Notes: generated by a model from the sequence alone, not told the origin. A stretch of DNA of 42,393 nt from Candidatus Fervidifonticultor quintus (GCA_031459535.1 JAVKIJ010000018.1:1-42393); one strand, 5' to 3'; numbered from the stretch's first letter, positions 8,147 through 15,742 are shown. A program made the numbers and translations.

Positions 8147-10138
8147 TCAGCCGCCCCAGCAGGGCGACACGGTGACCTTCGCCCGAATCGGCAAGCTAGC
8201 CGTACTCGGGGCTAACTCCCGGAGCGGCCGCCGCTCCTCCACCGCGGCCTCGAGCAGCCCGCGGAGCCGCTCCACCCACGCCCCAGGACAGTCGACCAGC
8301 ACCGAGTCATGGACCTCGTTCACAATCGTCGGGACCTCCGGCCAGTCAGGCAGCTCGCCACGCTCGGCCCGCCGGGCCTCCTCGAGCAGCCGCGCGTGCC
8401 ACAGCCCCAGGCCCCAGCCCGCCTCGGCCAGGATCCGCTCCTCCAGGTCGATCAGGATCGCCGCCATCACATCCGCGGCCAGGGATTGGACCGGGTAGTT
8501 GATGGCCTGGTTCTCCACGTGCTTGCCGGTCCCCACCAGCCGACGGACACGCCCCGTGACCGAGACGACCCGCCCGAGCCGCTCCCGCTCGGCGGCCATC
8601 AGGCGCATGTAGCGCCGGAGCCGCGGGAAGGCCTCGAGGTAGGCGCGGTGCAAGCGCACGGTCTCGCGCTCGTGCGCCTCATAGGGATCGGCCAGCCGGA
8701 GCCCACGGGCCCAGAGCTGCTCGGCCATATGCTCGGGGCCCATGTTGTAGTGCACGCCGAGGATCACCCCCTTGACGTTCCGGTACTGTGGGTCATCCTC
8801 CGTGAGCTCCCGGCCGAGGAGCTGGCGGGCGACCTCGATGTAGCCGCCGCCGTCCGCGTAGACGCGCATGAGCTCCTCGTCCCCAGCCAGCCAGGCGACG
8901 ATCACCGCCTCCAGGCGGCGGAGGTCGGCTTCGACGATCTGCCCGCCAGGCCACCGCGAGACCACCAGGCCCCGGACCTGGCGGGGCCAGTTCTGGCTGT
9001 TCGGGGCGGCCGCAGAGCGCCGGCCAGTCCGGGCCCCGAGCGCGCGGAAGTGGAACTGCAACCAGAGCCGGCCGTCCGGGAGCGGGCGGAGATGCCGCTC
9101 GAGGCCAGCCGCGTAGGTTGAGTGCAGCTTCGCCGCCTGAGACCAGTCCAGGAGCGCGTCGATCACCTCTACTGCGGCGGGCTCCGCACTCTCCCGCAGG
9201 CGGCGGAGGGCGTCCCGCGTCACCTGGGGCTCGCCGCTCGCCGTGTAGCCGACCGGGACCAGCCCCAGCCGACCGAAGAGCAGATCCCGGACCTGCCGGC
9301 CGCGCGTAGGCGTGAAGTCGCTCGGGCCACCGGAGCGGACGGAAAGCTCGACCAGCCGCCGCTGAAGCCCTTCCACCCGGGCCGCGGTCTCGGCACGCAG
9401 CGCCTCGAAGGCCTTCCGGCTCACGATCACTCCGGCCAGCGTCGCCCGGTGGAGGACCATCGCGACCCGCTGCGTGTACTCGACCAGTCGGCGAGAGACC
9501 CGACGGGCCAGGAGACGACCAAGCTTCCAGGTGATCCAGGCATCCCACCGGCAGCGACGCTCGAGCTCCTCACGCGACCAGGTCCGTACGTAGCGAGCAC
9601 GGGTCTGAGCCTTCCAGGCCGGAACCGGGTCAGGCAGGAGCGAGGCCGCGACGCTCTCCAGATCGTACTTCGGCAGCCGCTCCTCGGCCATTCTTGCGAC
9701 GAGCATCACGTCGAGGATACCACGACCGGAGACGTAGCTGTCAAGCGGCGGGAGCCAGCCGTGCGCGATGAGCTGGTCGAGATCGCCGGGGATGTTGTAG
9801 CCGAGGAGGAGGGGGGTGGTCTCGGTCAGCCGGGCGAAGGTCTCACGGTCGACAACCGCGGCCTGCTCCCGAGCGACCGCAACAGCCAGGAGCTCCTGGC
9901 CGTCCCACTCGGTGTCCACCGCGAGGGCCGAGCCTGGGGAGGGGACGCCCTCCGGGCAGTCCAGGACCCGCCCCCCGTCCGCAAGCTCACGGGCCAGACG
10001 GAGATCCCGGATCACCAGCTCCCGGTAGAGGCTTCCGTCCCCCGCCCCACCGGCTCTGAGGACGGCCGCAGGGTGGAGGGTAGGGAGGACCAACTGGGCT
10101 CGGCCAAGCGGCTCGGCCTTCCGGCCTCGGGTAGCCAC
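8147..10138 (-). CDS. polA: Family A DNA polymerase with 3'-5' exonuclease; N-terminus is the C-terminal fragment of a family-4 UDG domain
   Basis: Exo motifs AVDTE, GYNIPGD; TGRRSAAAPNSQNWP; motif A EADLRRLE; motif B RNVKGVILGVHY; NYPVQSLAAD; motif C NEVHDS; N-terminal VLPTLHPAAVLR. Confidence 0.93.
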   Translation of the reverse strand: MATRGRKAEPLGRAQLVLPTLHPAAVLRAGGAGDGSLYRELVIRDLRLARELADGGRVLDCPEGVPSPGSALAVDTEWDGQELLAVAVAREQAAVVDRETFARLTETTPLLLGYNIPGDLDQLIAHGWLPPLDSYVSGRGILDVMLVARMAEERLPKYDLESVAASLLPDPVPAWKAQTRARYVRTWSREELERRCRWDAWITWKLGRLLARRVSRRLVEYTQRVAMVLHRATLAGVIVSRKAFEALRAETAARVEGLQRRLVELSVRSGGPSDFTPTRGRQVRDLLFGRLGLVPVGYTASGEPQVTRDALRRLRESAEPAAVEVIDALLDWSQAAKLHSTYAAGLERHLRPLPDGRLWLQFHFRALGARTGRRSAAAPNSQNWPRQVRGLVVSRWPGGQIVEADLRRLEAVIVAWLAGDEELMRVYADGGGYIEVARQLLGRELTEDDPQYRNVKGVILGVHYNMGPEHMAEQLWARGLRLADPYEAHERETVRLHRAYLEAFPRLRRYMRLMAAERERLGRVVSVTGRVRRLVGTGKHVENQAINYPVQSLAADVMAAILIDLEERILAEAGWGLGLWHARLLEEARRAERGELPDWPEVPTIVNEVHDSVLVDCPGAWVERLRGLLEAAVEERRPLRELAPSTASLPIRAKVTVSPCWGG

Positions 10139-10299
10139 TTTCTACACCTCCGAACGACGGGCGTGTTGGCCCTGCTGGCGCCACCCTACCCCACTGCCTG
10201 TGGGGCCGTCAAGCGTTGAGTCGCGCCCGGCCCACACGGGCGGCCCGCGGAGCCACCCCACGCCTACGGGGCCGTAAAGGGCCCTAGGAGCCCTGATCG

Positions 10300-10690
10300 T
10301 AGGGTGGCCAATAGGGTAATAGCGGCCCCCCCGCCGATCTTCGATCCTAGGTGCCTTAGCGGCCCTCTGGCGGCCTTCTGCCGGGCCGGTCGACCCTACA
10401 CCCCGGGCCGGACACACCACCGCCCGTGTGGTCTGCTGGTCAGACCGCACCCCCAAGTTGGGACACTGAACGGTTCTGCGGGGGAGAAGGTATAGGCGAG
10501 GCCTTTGAGGGCCTCGCCGTTGGTCACATACCCAGCCCTTCATAGAACACTGTACTACGTACTACACTGTACGTTACGCCCGGAGGGCGTAACTCGTACG
10601 GCAGTGTACTACGTACGGCACTGTACGTTGTGCCTGTAAGGCACAACCCCTACGGCAATGTGCGATGTGTGTGTACTACGTCTGTACGAC
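10300..10690. repeat. Non-coding palindrome-array element, copy L (inverted homologue of 23360-23820)
   Basis: Palindromes GTTACGCCC-GGA-GGGCGTAAC (10573-10593) and GTTGTGCCT-GTA-AGGCACAAC (10627-10647), GGCGAGGCC..GGCCTCGCC (10495-10518); several 15-31 nt blocks are reverse complements of copy R. Confidence 0.9.
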
Positions 10691-10879
10691 ATTGTACGCC
10701 AGACTGCGGATCTCTCCGCGGGATGACAGGAATACGTAAGACCACGTGGTCCGTAGGATCGGGTACAGTACGAGGTAAGAGCCGTCCTCTACGGCGTAAC
10801 CCCCTGTTCTGCTAGGGATCCACTTAACCCTCACGTACTCTACAGAAACTGTAATGGGCTCGGCCGTCAGTCTATCCAC
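10676..10879 (-). CDS. Hypothetical protein (start uncertain)
   Basis: Lower-GC open frame VDRLTAEPITVSVEYVRVKWIPS...YNVVQT. Confidence 0.3.
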   Translation of the reverse strand: MDRLTAEPITVSVEYVRVKWIPSRTGGYAVEDGSYLVLYPILRTTWSYVFLSSRGEIRSLAYNVVQT

Positions 10880-11076
10880 GTCCTGTACCCCCACTTGAAC
10901 CACCAGTATAGATCTAAGCTTGGGCGACGTGCATGACTTGCTGGGGCTATGACCTTGCCAATCAGGGGCTTCGCCCCCCGCTCGGTGTCGAACAGCACTA
11001 CCAGGGGTCTGTCGTGAAAGACGAAATACAGGCACGTCACATCAAGACAGACGTCCACTGTCGGCCGATCACTCAT
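10867..11076 (-). CDS. Hypothetical protein, possibly a degenerate micro-paralogue
   Basis: MSDRPTVDVCLDVTCLYFVFHDRPLVVLFD...; beta-strand-rich like the array genes but lacks the H/H/C signature. Confidence 0.35.
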   Translation of the reverse strand: MSDRPTVDVCLDVTCLYFVFHDRPLVVLFDTERGAKPLIGKVIAPASHARRPSLDLYWWFKWGYRTWID

Positions 11077-11104
11077 GAGGCTCTCCCTGGCTGGTACACA
11101 CCTG

Positions 11105-11133
11105 TTGACAGGCCCAAGATCTTGTGGTAGTCT
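11105..11133 (+). promoter_or_regulatory. Sigma70-type promoter for the rightward cassette
   Basis: TTGACA (11105-11110), 17-bp spacer, TGg-TAGTCT (-10 at 11128-11133); ATG 7 nt downstream at 11140. Confidence 0.75.
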
Positions 11134-11139
11134 GTGCTC

Positions 11140-11958
11140 ATGGACCAACCTGTATGCGGCAAGTGTGGGTCGGAGCTCCTGTTAGACGCAGACTCTCCTG
11201 CGGCTCGCAGGAACCAGCCACGTCTTTGGCGTTGGTACTGCTGGAAGTGTGGGTGGGATACCTACACGGCCGTGCAGCTTGAGCGGTGGCACTGCTGGAA
11301 GTGCGGGTGGGATACCGACAGGGGGGCCAGCAAGGAGGTAGGCCAGGGTGAGGAGTCTCGCTGCAGCGATCATGAGTTGGGCGTTCGTCGCGGTCGTCGC
11401 AGACAACGAAAGCGCGCCGCAGTACCACACCGCGCCGACACGCGAGGCGTGCGAGGAGGCGCGACGGCTTCTCGAGGAAGCCACGCAGCCGGCCCGCGCC
11501 GCGTACGACTTCCCCTACGGGCAGGTCTACACGTCGGCGTGCTACCCGACGCGGGAGTAGGCCATGCGCGTCTACATCGCGGGAGTCTACGAGGACCGCA
11601 ACGAGTTGCGAAGGGAGCTCGAGGAGGCGGTGCGGCTGCTCGGGCTGCACGGACGGCTCGAGATCGTCAGCCGCTGGCTCCACCGCGACGGGGAACCGCC
11701 GCCGGAGGCGTGGATCGACCGCGAGTTCGTCGACCTCGACGCACGGGAGCATCGGATCGCCGTAGAGGACGTCCAGGACATCCAGAGCGCGGACGTGCTG
11801 GTGCTCGACACGCGAAGCCGAGCGCTGCGGGGCGGACGCGAGGTCGAGTACGGCTTGGCGCTCGCGCACAAGCTCCCCGTCGTTCGGGTCGGTCCGGCTC
11901 GGAACATCTTTCACGGGCTGGCCTCCTACGCCTGCGAGGACCTCATCGGGGCGCTTGA
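11140..11958 (+). CDS. Zinc-ribbon protein with duplicated RW[YH]CWKCGWDT motif (only the first ~70 codons look like a real domain)
   Basis: CGKC plus two CWKC; the rest of the frame is low-complexity and overlaps two better ORFs. Confidence 0.5.
   Translation: MDQPVCGKCGSELLLDADSPAARRNQPRLWRWYCWKCGWDTYTAVQLERWHCWKCGWDTDRGASKEVGQGEESRCSDHELGVRRGRRRQRKRAAVPHRADTRGVRGGATASRGSHAAGPRRVRLPLRAGLHVGVLPDAGVGHARLHRGSLRGPQRVAKGARGGGAAARAARTARDRQPLAPPRRGTAAGGVDRPRVRRPRRTGASDRRRGRPGHPERGRAGARHAKPSAAGRTRGRVRLGARAQAPRRSGRSGSEHLSRAGLLRLRGPHRGA
11348..11560 (+). CDS. Small, possibly exported protein
   Basis: AGGAGG RBS; hydrophobic N-terminus; TREACEEAR...SAC two-Cys pattern. Confidence 0.55.
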   Translation: MRSLAAAIMSWAFVAVVADNESAPQYHTAPTREACEEARRLLEEATQPARAAYDFPYGQVYTSACYPTRE

Positions 11959-11983
11959 GTGGATAAGCCAGCGTCTACCGTGA
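11564..11983 (+). CDS. Nucleoside 2-deoxyribosyltransferase-like / nucleotide N-glycosidase
   Basis: MRVYIAG, EDVQDIQSADVLVL, GGREVEYGLALA, NIFH. Confidence 0.8.
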   Translation: MRVYIAGVYEDRNELRRELEEAVRLLGLHGRLEIVSRWLHRDGEPPPEAWIDREFVDLDAREHRIAVEDVQDIQSADVLVLDTRSRALRGGREVEYGLALAHKLPVVRVGPARNIFHGLASYACEDLIGALEWISQRLP

Positions 11984-12453
11984 GGCAGCGTGATCCTATC
12001 ACGGGCGGCGAGAAGGATGTCAAGCTGGCCCGCTACGATCTCCTGCCCGACAGTGTCACGACGCTCCTCACCGCGGGGTTCAGCGATCTCTGGGCGTCGC
12101 TGGACGTGTTTTGGAACCATGGTGGTGGGCGCCCGGAGCTGGTACGGGTGGGGTTAATCCTGGCCTTCGCGCTGGGGCCTGGGTGGCCGACGCGACTGGC
12201 CGAGGTCTTCGGCTGGGGCGCGGGGAAGTACGCCCCGCGGAACTGGGAGCGCGGGTACCCGTGGAGCTGGGCCTACGCCGCGCTCCGACGGCATATCGCC
12301 GCCTGGCTGGCGGGAGAACCCGACGACCCGGAGAGCGGGCTGCCGCACCTGGCGCACGCGCTCTGGCACGTCGTGGTCCTCATGCACTTCCTGGGTCGCT
12401 ACCGGGAGGGGGATGACCGGCCGCAACCGAACCTCACGACGGCGCCGTCGTAG
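11980..12453 (+). CDS. dATP/dGTP diphosphohydrolase domain protein (DUF5664-like)
   Basis: TGGEKDVKLARYDLLP, GAGKYAPRNWERG, AALRRH, DPESGLPHLAHA; GTGA overlap at 11980 (alternative start 11959). Confidence 0.85.
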   Translation: MRQRDPITGGEKDVKLARYDLLPDSVTTLLTAGFSDLWASLDVFWNHGGGRPELVRVGLILAFALGPGWPTRLAEVFGWGAGKYAPRNWERGYPWSWAYAALRRHIAAWLAGEPDDPESGLPHLAHALWHVVVLMHFLGRYREGDDRPQPNLTTAPS

Positions 12454-12676
12454 CATCCTCGCCCAGCTCCGGCGGGCCTTTCGCCACCAGCAGACCGACC
12501 CCGCGCCTGCGCGGTTATGGATCGCCGCCTCCGATGAGCACTTCTCTACCCCGCCGGCCCACCAGCACCACGACGTGCTGCCCCCGGTCCAGGACGGCGG
12601 TCCGCTCGCCCCGAACCTCATCGTGTGTAGCGGCCAGGCCCACCGCCTGGCCCTCGACCTCAAGGACGACACGTGA
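12413..12676 (+). CDS. Hypothetical protein
   Basis: ORF in the operon; stop overlaps the next GTG start. Confidence 0.5.
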   Translation: MTGRNRTSRRRRRSILAQLRRAFRHQQTDPAPARLWIAASDEHFSTPPAHQHHDVLPPVQDGGPLAPNLIVCSGQAHRLALDLKDDT

Positions 12677-12960
12677 GGATCCGCCCCTTCCGGTTGCGTA
12701 GGCTCTATATCCTGCCTGGCGTCCTGGTCTACGTGCGGGTGGTCCCGCGGGAAGACCTCGAGGGCGACAGCGGGTGGTGGGAGTACGACGACACGGCCTC
12801 GGCGGGCGTGATCTCCATTGCCCGGGACCTCTCGCTGGCCGAGCGACGCTACGTCCTGCTGCACGAGCTCCAACACGCCCTCGTGGACATCCTCGACCAG
12901 GCTATTCTCCAGAACGTGTGCCGGCCTATTGTCGAGGTCCGACGGCGACGGCGGCGGTAG
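12673..12960 (+). CDS. Minimal HExxH zincin-like protein (ImmA/IrrE-like)
   Basis: GVISIARDLSLAERRYVLLHELQH. Confidence 0.7.
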   Translation: MRIRPFRLRRLYILPGVLVYVRVVPREDLEGDSGWWEYDDTASAGVISIARDLSLAERRYVLLHELQHALVDILDQAILQNVCRPIVEVRRRRRR

Positions 12961-13141
12961 AGAGACCAACCAGCAAGCAGTCCCGCAGCATGAGTACGAC
13001 CTTGGTGTTACGAGGGACCTCAGGCGGTGGTGGTGTGGCCTCTAGGACGCCGTGACCGTGTAAATAGACGCGCCACCGGGTGCTGCCGGACTCAAGCCGG
13101 ATGAGGAGGTGGATGTAGCGTCGCGGTCCATCGTAGCTCAC
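12926..13141 (-). CDS. H-H-C micro-paralogue 1
   Basis: HLLIRL...RVYLHGHG...VVLMLRDC; GTGA-coupled to the upstream gene. Confidence 0.75.
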   Translation of the reverse strand: MSYDGPRRYIHLLIRLESGSTRWRVYLHGHGVLEATPPPPEVPRNTKVVLMLRDCLLVGLSTAAVAVGPRQ

Positions 13142-13323
13142 TGTGTACAGTCCCCCAGCGTGAGCATGACCCTGGCGTCGCTGGGGACCCGTGGCGGCGA
13201 TGTAGCCTCGAGGCAGAAGTCGTTCTCTAAGCTGCCGTTACAGTGTAACCAGACGCACCACCAGTCGTGACTGGACAAGACCGTGATGAGGAGGTGGTGG
13301 CGTGGCTGTCCGTAGTAGCTCAT
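13138..13323 (-). CDS. H-H-C micro-paralogue 2
   Basis: HLLITV...CVWLHCNG...VMLTLGDC; ATGA overlap. Confidence 0.75.
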   Translation of the reverse strand: MSYYGQPRHHLLITVLSSHDWWCVWLHCNGSLENDFCLEATSPPRVPSDARVMLTLGDCTQ

Positions 13324-13487
13324 AGCGTACAACCATCCTCCAGTGTCAGCGTGATCTCCGCGTGGTCGAGGATCCCCGGTGGTGGCGGGGCCCACTGGCT
13401 CGGCTCGACGCGGCCGTTGCGGTGAAGCCAAAGACGCCACCAGCCCACGTCGGACACGATGTAGACGTCCAGGTGCTGCCCCTTCAC
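13320..13487 (-). CDS. H-H-C micro-paralogue 3
   Basis: HLDVYIV...RLWLHRNG...ITLTLEDGC; GTGA overlap. Confidence 0.75.
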   Translation of the reverse strand: MKGQHLDVYIVSDVGWWRLWLHRNGRVEPSQWAPPPPGILDHAEITLTLEDGCTL

Positions 13488-13714
13488 GATCGACGCTCTT
13501 TGCACCGACAGACCCGTAACGTCAGGTGGATTTCTGCGTTGTCGAGGAGCTGTGGTGGCGCCTGCCACCTGGTTCCTACACCACCGCCCAGCGGGCCGCC
13601 GGAGTGGAGCCAGAGGAAGCTCCGGCGACCGTTGTGGTAGATGGTCGCGAAGAGGTAGCTCTCCACGTGCGGCCCGGGTGGCGGCTCGATCTCAACGGTC
13701 GTGGGCGGCTTCAT
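13484..13714 (-). CDS. H-H-C micro-paralogue 4 (first His replaced by Tyr)
   Basis: YLFATIY...FLWLHSGG...IHLTLRVC; ATGA overlap. Confidence 0.7.
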   Translation of the reverse strand: MKPPTTVEIEPPPGPHVESYLFATIYHNGRRSFLWLHSGGPLGGGVGTRWQAPPQLLDNAEIHLTLRVCRCKERRS

Positions 13715-13866
13715 CGGCTGTGGGCCCGTCGACAGGCTTCCAGGAAGCACGTGACGACCGCGTCTGGCGGGATGACCCGTTGCCGCGACGGCCAGATGAA
13801 ACTCGGGCCGACACATAGCACACCCACCCACCACCCGTCGACCTCTATGACCAGATGTGGTGTCAC
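13711..13866 (-). CDS. H-H-C micro-paralogue 5 (not in ORF track)
   Basis: VTPHLVIEVDGWWVGVLCVGPSFIWPSRQRVIPPDAVVTCFLEACRRAHSR; GTGA overlap. Confidence 0.7.
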   Translation of the reverse strand: MTPHLVIEVDGWWVGVLCVGPSFIWPSRQRVIPPDAVVTCFLEACRRAHSR

Positions 13867-14033
13867 CGCGCCAACCTCCGGTCGAACGCGCAGCTCTCTA
13901 GCGCGACGATCACAGCCCCACCCGCGTTGAGCTTCTCGAGGTTGGTCCAGACGCTACTGTCCCGGTGGAGCAGGACGTAGCCATCGTCCGACATGATATA
14001 GAGGTGCTGCGGCTCTTGAGATACGCCCGTCAT
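13863..14033 (-). CDS. H-H-C micro-paralogue 6
   Basis: HLYIM...VLLHRD...VIVALESC; ATGA overlap. Confidence 0.75.
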   Translation of the reverse strand: MTGVSQEPQHLYIMSDDGYVLLHRDSSVWTNLEKLNAGGAVIVALESCAFDRRLAR

Positions 14034-14215
14034 GGGCTGCGCTTCAGGTAGCACGGCCCCAAGAGGCACTCGTCGACGTAGACGAGGAAGGTCGCGTCAT
14101 GCAGGTCCGTCGGGCGCGGCCGCGTACATTCGATCATGGCGGTCGCGTGGAGCGCCGCGTAGACCTCTGTGGCGCGGCCCGAGTGGCTCCGTTTTATGAT
14201 GAGGTGTGTGCTCAC
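14030..14215 (-). CDS. H-H-C micro-paralogue 7
   Basis: HLIIK...AALHAT...FLVYVDEC; GTGA overlap. Confidence 0.75.
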   Translation of the reverse strand: MSTHLIIKRSHSGRATEVYAALHATAMIECTRPRPTDLHDATFLVYVDECLLGPCYLKRSP

Positions 14216-14457
14216 TTCTGGCAAGGATGCCATAGGATCACCCTCGTAGCCCCCGACGCGATCCTGTCACGTGGGGGCAGGCCGAGCAGGCACCGCTCCA
14301 GGTAGATGTCGACGCGCGTGTCCTCGCACACGTGCGCAAGGGTGGACCGGCCGATCTCCCACCGGCTCTCGGCCCCGTGCGCCACGCGGTGGATCGTCAC
14401 ACAGCCGTGGCCGTCGATGATCATGGAGAGATGGTTCCGTCCCTGTTGACTCGGCAT
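14212..14457 (-). CDS. H-H-C micro-paralogue 8
   Basis: HLSMII...VTIHRV...VDIYLERC. Confidence 0.7.
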   Translation of the reverse strand: MPSQQGRNHLSMIIDGHGCVTIHRVAHGAESRWEIGRSTLAHVCEDTRVDIYLERCLLGLPPRDRIASGATRVILWHPCQK

Positions 14458-14663
14458 GGTCCCTCGCAAGACACGATGACGCTGTAGCCGGGTTGTATGC
14501 GTCGGTGGGCAATGAGCGGCGCCTGAACGTGCGCGTGCGTGTGCAGCGCGACGCACAAGTAGAAGCCGTCTGCCTGGACGATCAGGTGAAGGTGTTTGGG
14601 CATAGATACGGTGACTCTGGAGCCTGGTCGGATGTGGCGGTGAAGGCGCTGGGCTTTGGTCAT
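14421..14663 (-). CDS. H-H-C micro-paralogue 9
   Basis: HLHLIV...VALHTH...VIVSCEGPC; ATGA overlap; N-terminal RHIRPGSRVTVS echoes its own RRIQPGYSVIVS. Confidence 0.7.
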   Translation of the reverse strand: MTKAQRLHRHIRPGSRVTVSMPKHLHLIVQADGFYLCVALHTHAHVQAPLIAHRRIQPGYSVIVSCEGPCRVNRDGTISP

Positions 14664-14806
14664 AGGGTGCATGTCCCGAGGATCACGTTGATGCGCATGC
14701 CCTTGTAGATCCTGGTGACCGCCGGCGGCCAGCCAAGACGCCCACCGATGTGGAGCGAGAAGGTGTACCCCGCAACGATCCCGAAGTAGATATGTTTGTG
14801 CCTCAT
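14660..14806 (-). CDS. H-H-C micro-paralogue 10 (not in ORF track)
   Basis: MRHKHIYFGIVAGYTFSLHIGGRLGWPPAVTRIYKGMRINVILGTCTL. Confidence 0.75.
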   Translation of the reverse strand: MRHKHIYFGIVAGYTFSLHIGGRLGWPPAVTRIYKGMRINVILGTCTL

Positions 14807-14854
14807 GGCTTAGGGGTGTAGGTGCAAGCCCCGAGGTGTACGACGAGGCGTATC

Positions 14855-15004
14855 CTAGGCGACAAGCAGTTTCCCGTCGTCGGTCGCCAGCACCACGAGC
14901 ACGTGCCAGTCGGCCCAGACAACCAGCCCGCCGGGCACCAGTTTCGGTTCTATGACCGCGCCCCGTCGAAGTGGCGTGCGCACGTTCCCCCACACTCGGC
15001 TCAT
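14855..15004 (-). CDS. Small hypothetical protein within the array (not in ORF track)
   Basis: MSRVWGNVRTPLRRGAVIEPKLVPGGLVVWADWHVLVVLATDDGKLLVA; ATGA overlap; lacks the family signature. Confidence 0.5.
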   Translation of the reverse strand: MSRVWGNVRTPLRRGAVIEPKLVPGGLVVWADWHVLVVLATDDGKLLVA

Positions 15005-15165
15005 AGCCTGCGGCGAGGGTTCAGCCTCACGGCGATCACGTCGCCCTCTAGGACCCGGCCGTTGGTGACGGTGATGACGGCGTCCGAGTTAAGCCAGACC
15101 ACACTGGCGCGGTACTCCGCCCGCTCGATCCAGAAGAATAGGTGCTGCTTCAGGGCTCTAGACAC
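15001..15165 (-). CDS. H-H-C micro-paralogue 11, degenerate (not in ORF track)
   Basis: VSRALKQHLFFWIERAEYRASVVWLNSDAVITVTNGRVLEGDVIAVRLNPRRRL. Confidence 0.65.
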   Translation of the reverse strand: MSRALKQHLFFWIERAEYRASVVWLNSDAVITVTNGRVLEGDVIAVRLNPRRRL

Positions 15166-15311
15166 GTGTACAGGTAGATCACAACCGCTGAGTTCTGGGC
15201 TGGATCTGCCGTGACGTGCATACCGACCCGCGCGTTAGCGTGGAGCACCAGGGCGTCCCCCCGCCTGTCTGGATCGACTGCGATGTAGAGGTGCTGGTTG
15301 TACTTCTTCAT
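15150..15311 (-). CDS. H-H-C micro-paralogue 12 (not in ORF track)
   Basis: MKKYNQHLYIAVDPDRRGDALVLHANARVGMHVTADPAQNSAVVIYLYTCLEP; GGAGG RBS. Confidence 0.75.
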   Translation of the reverse strand: MKKYNQHLYIAVDPDRRGDALVLHANARVGMHVTADPAQNSAVVIYLYTCLEP

Positions 15312-15334
15312 CCCCTCCCTCCAAATATGTCACT

Positions 15335-15469
15335 CTACCTCCCGCCAGTTATGTAAATGCGGATCTCGGCTCGTCGCCGCAGCCTGTAGGCCTTGCGGAC
15401 GGTCCCGTCCGACTCCAAGACCGCGAAGAACCGGTCGGCGATAAAGGCCAGGCACATCGGTGCACTCAT
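15335..15469 (-). CDS. Array subfamily B copy 1 (not in ORF track)
   Basis: MSAPMCLAFIADRFFAVLESDGTVRKAYRLRRRAEIRIYITGGR; ATGA overlap. Confidence 0.7.
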   Translation of the reverse strand: MSAPMCLAFIADRFFAVLESDGTVRKAYRLRRRAEIRIYITGGR

Positions 15470-15618
15470 TTCGGTGCGATCCCTCCAATCAGGTAGACGC
15501 GGATTGTGGCTAGTCGCCGCGGCCTGTAGGCCTTACGGACGACCCCGTCAGCGTACAGGCTTGCGAAGAACCGGCCGGCTGTAAAGTCCAAGGCCGGCAG
15601 TACGTTTATCCCACTCAC
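15466..15618 (-). CDS. Array subfamily B copy 2 (not in ORF track)
   Basis: VSGINVLPALDFTAGRFFASLYADGVVRKAYRPRRLATIRVYLIGGIAPK. Confidence 0.7.
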   Translation of the reverse strand: MSGINVLPALDFTAGRFFASLYADGVVRKAYRPRRLATIRVYLIGGIAPK

Positions 15619-15742
15619 CGTCGGTCAGGTAGACGTGGACCACGGCCCGTCGCCGTGGCTGGTAGTACTTGACGACGACCCCGTCAGCGTGCAGGCGCAC
15701 GGTAAAACCGCCTGCGACAAAGCCCAGGGCAGGCAGGCTCAT
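15548..15742 (-). CDS. Array subfamily B copy 3
   Basis: MSLPALGFVAGGFTVRLHADGVVVKYYQPRRRAVVHVYLTDG...; ATG overlaps the stop of the UDG fragment. Confidence 0.7.
   Translation of the reverse strand: MSLPALGFVAGGFTVRLHADGVVVKYYQPRRRAVVHVYLTDGEWDKRTAGLGLYSRPVLRKPVR

Noticed and set aside
11564-12453. 2-aminoadenine (Z-genome) pathway
   Set aside because: A dATP/dGTP diphosphohydrolase-like gene alone is insufficient; no PurZ or HD-family dATPase recognised in the window
10139-15738. Self-splicing intron, intein or excisable element interrupting UDG-polA
   Set aside because: No group I/II intron features, homing endonuclease, intein motifs, recombinase or junction direct repeats seen; both halves have their own start and stop signals
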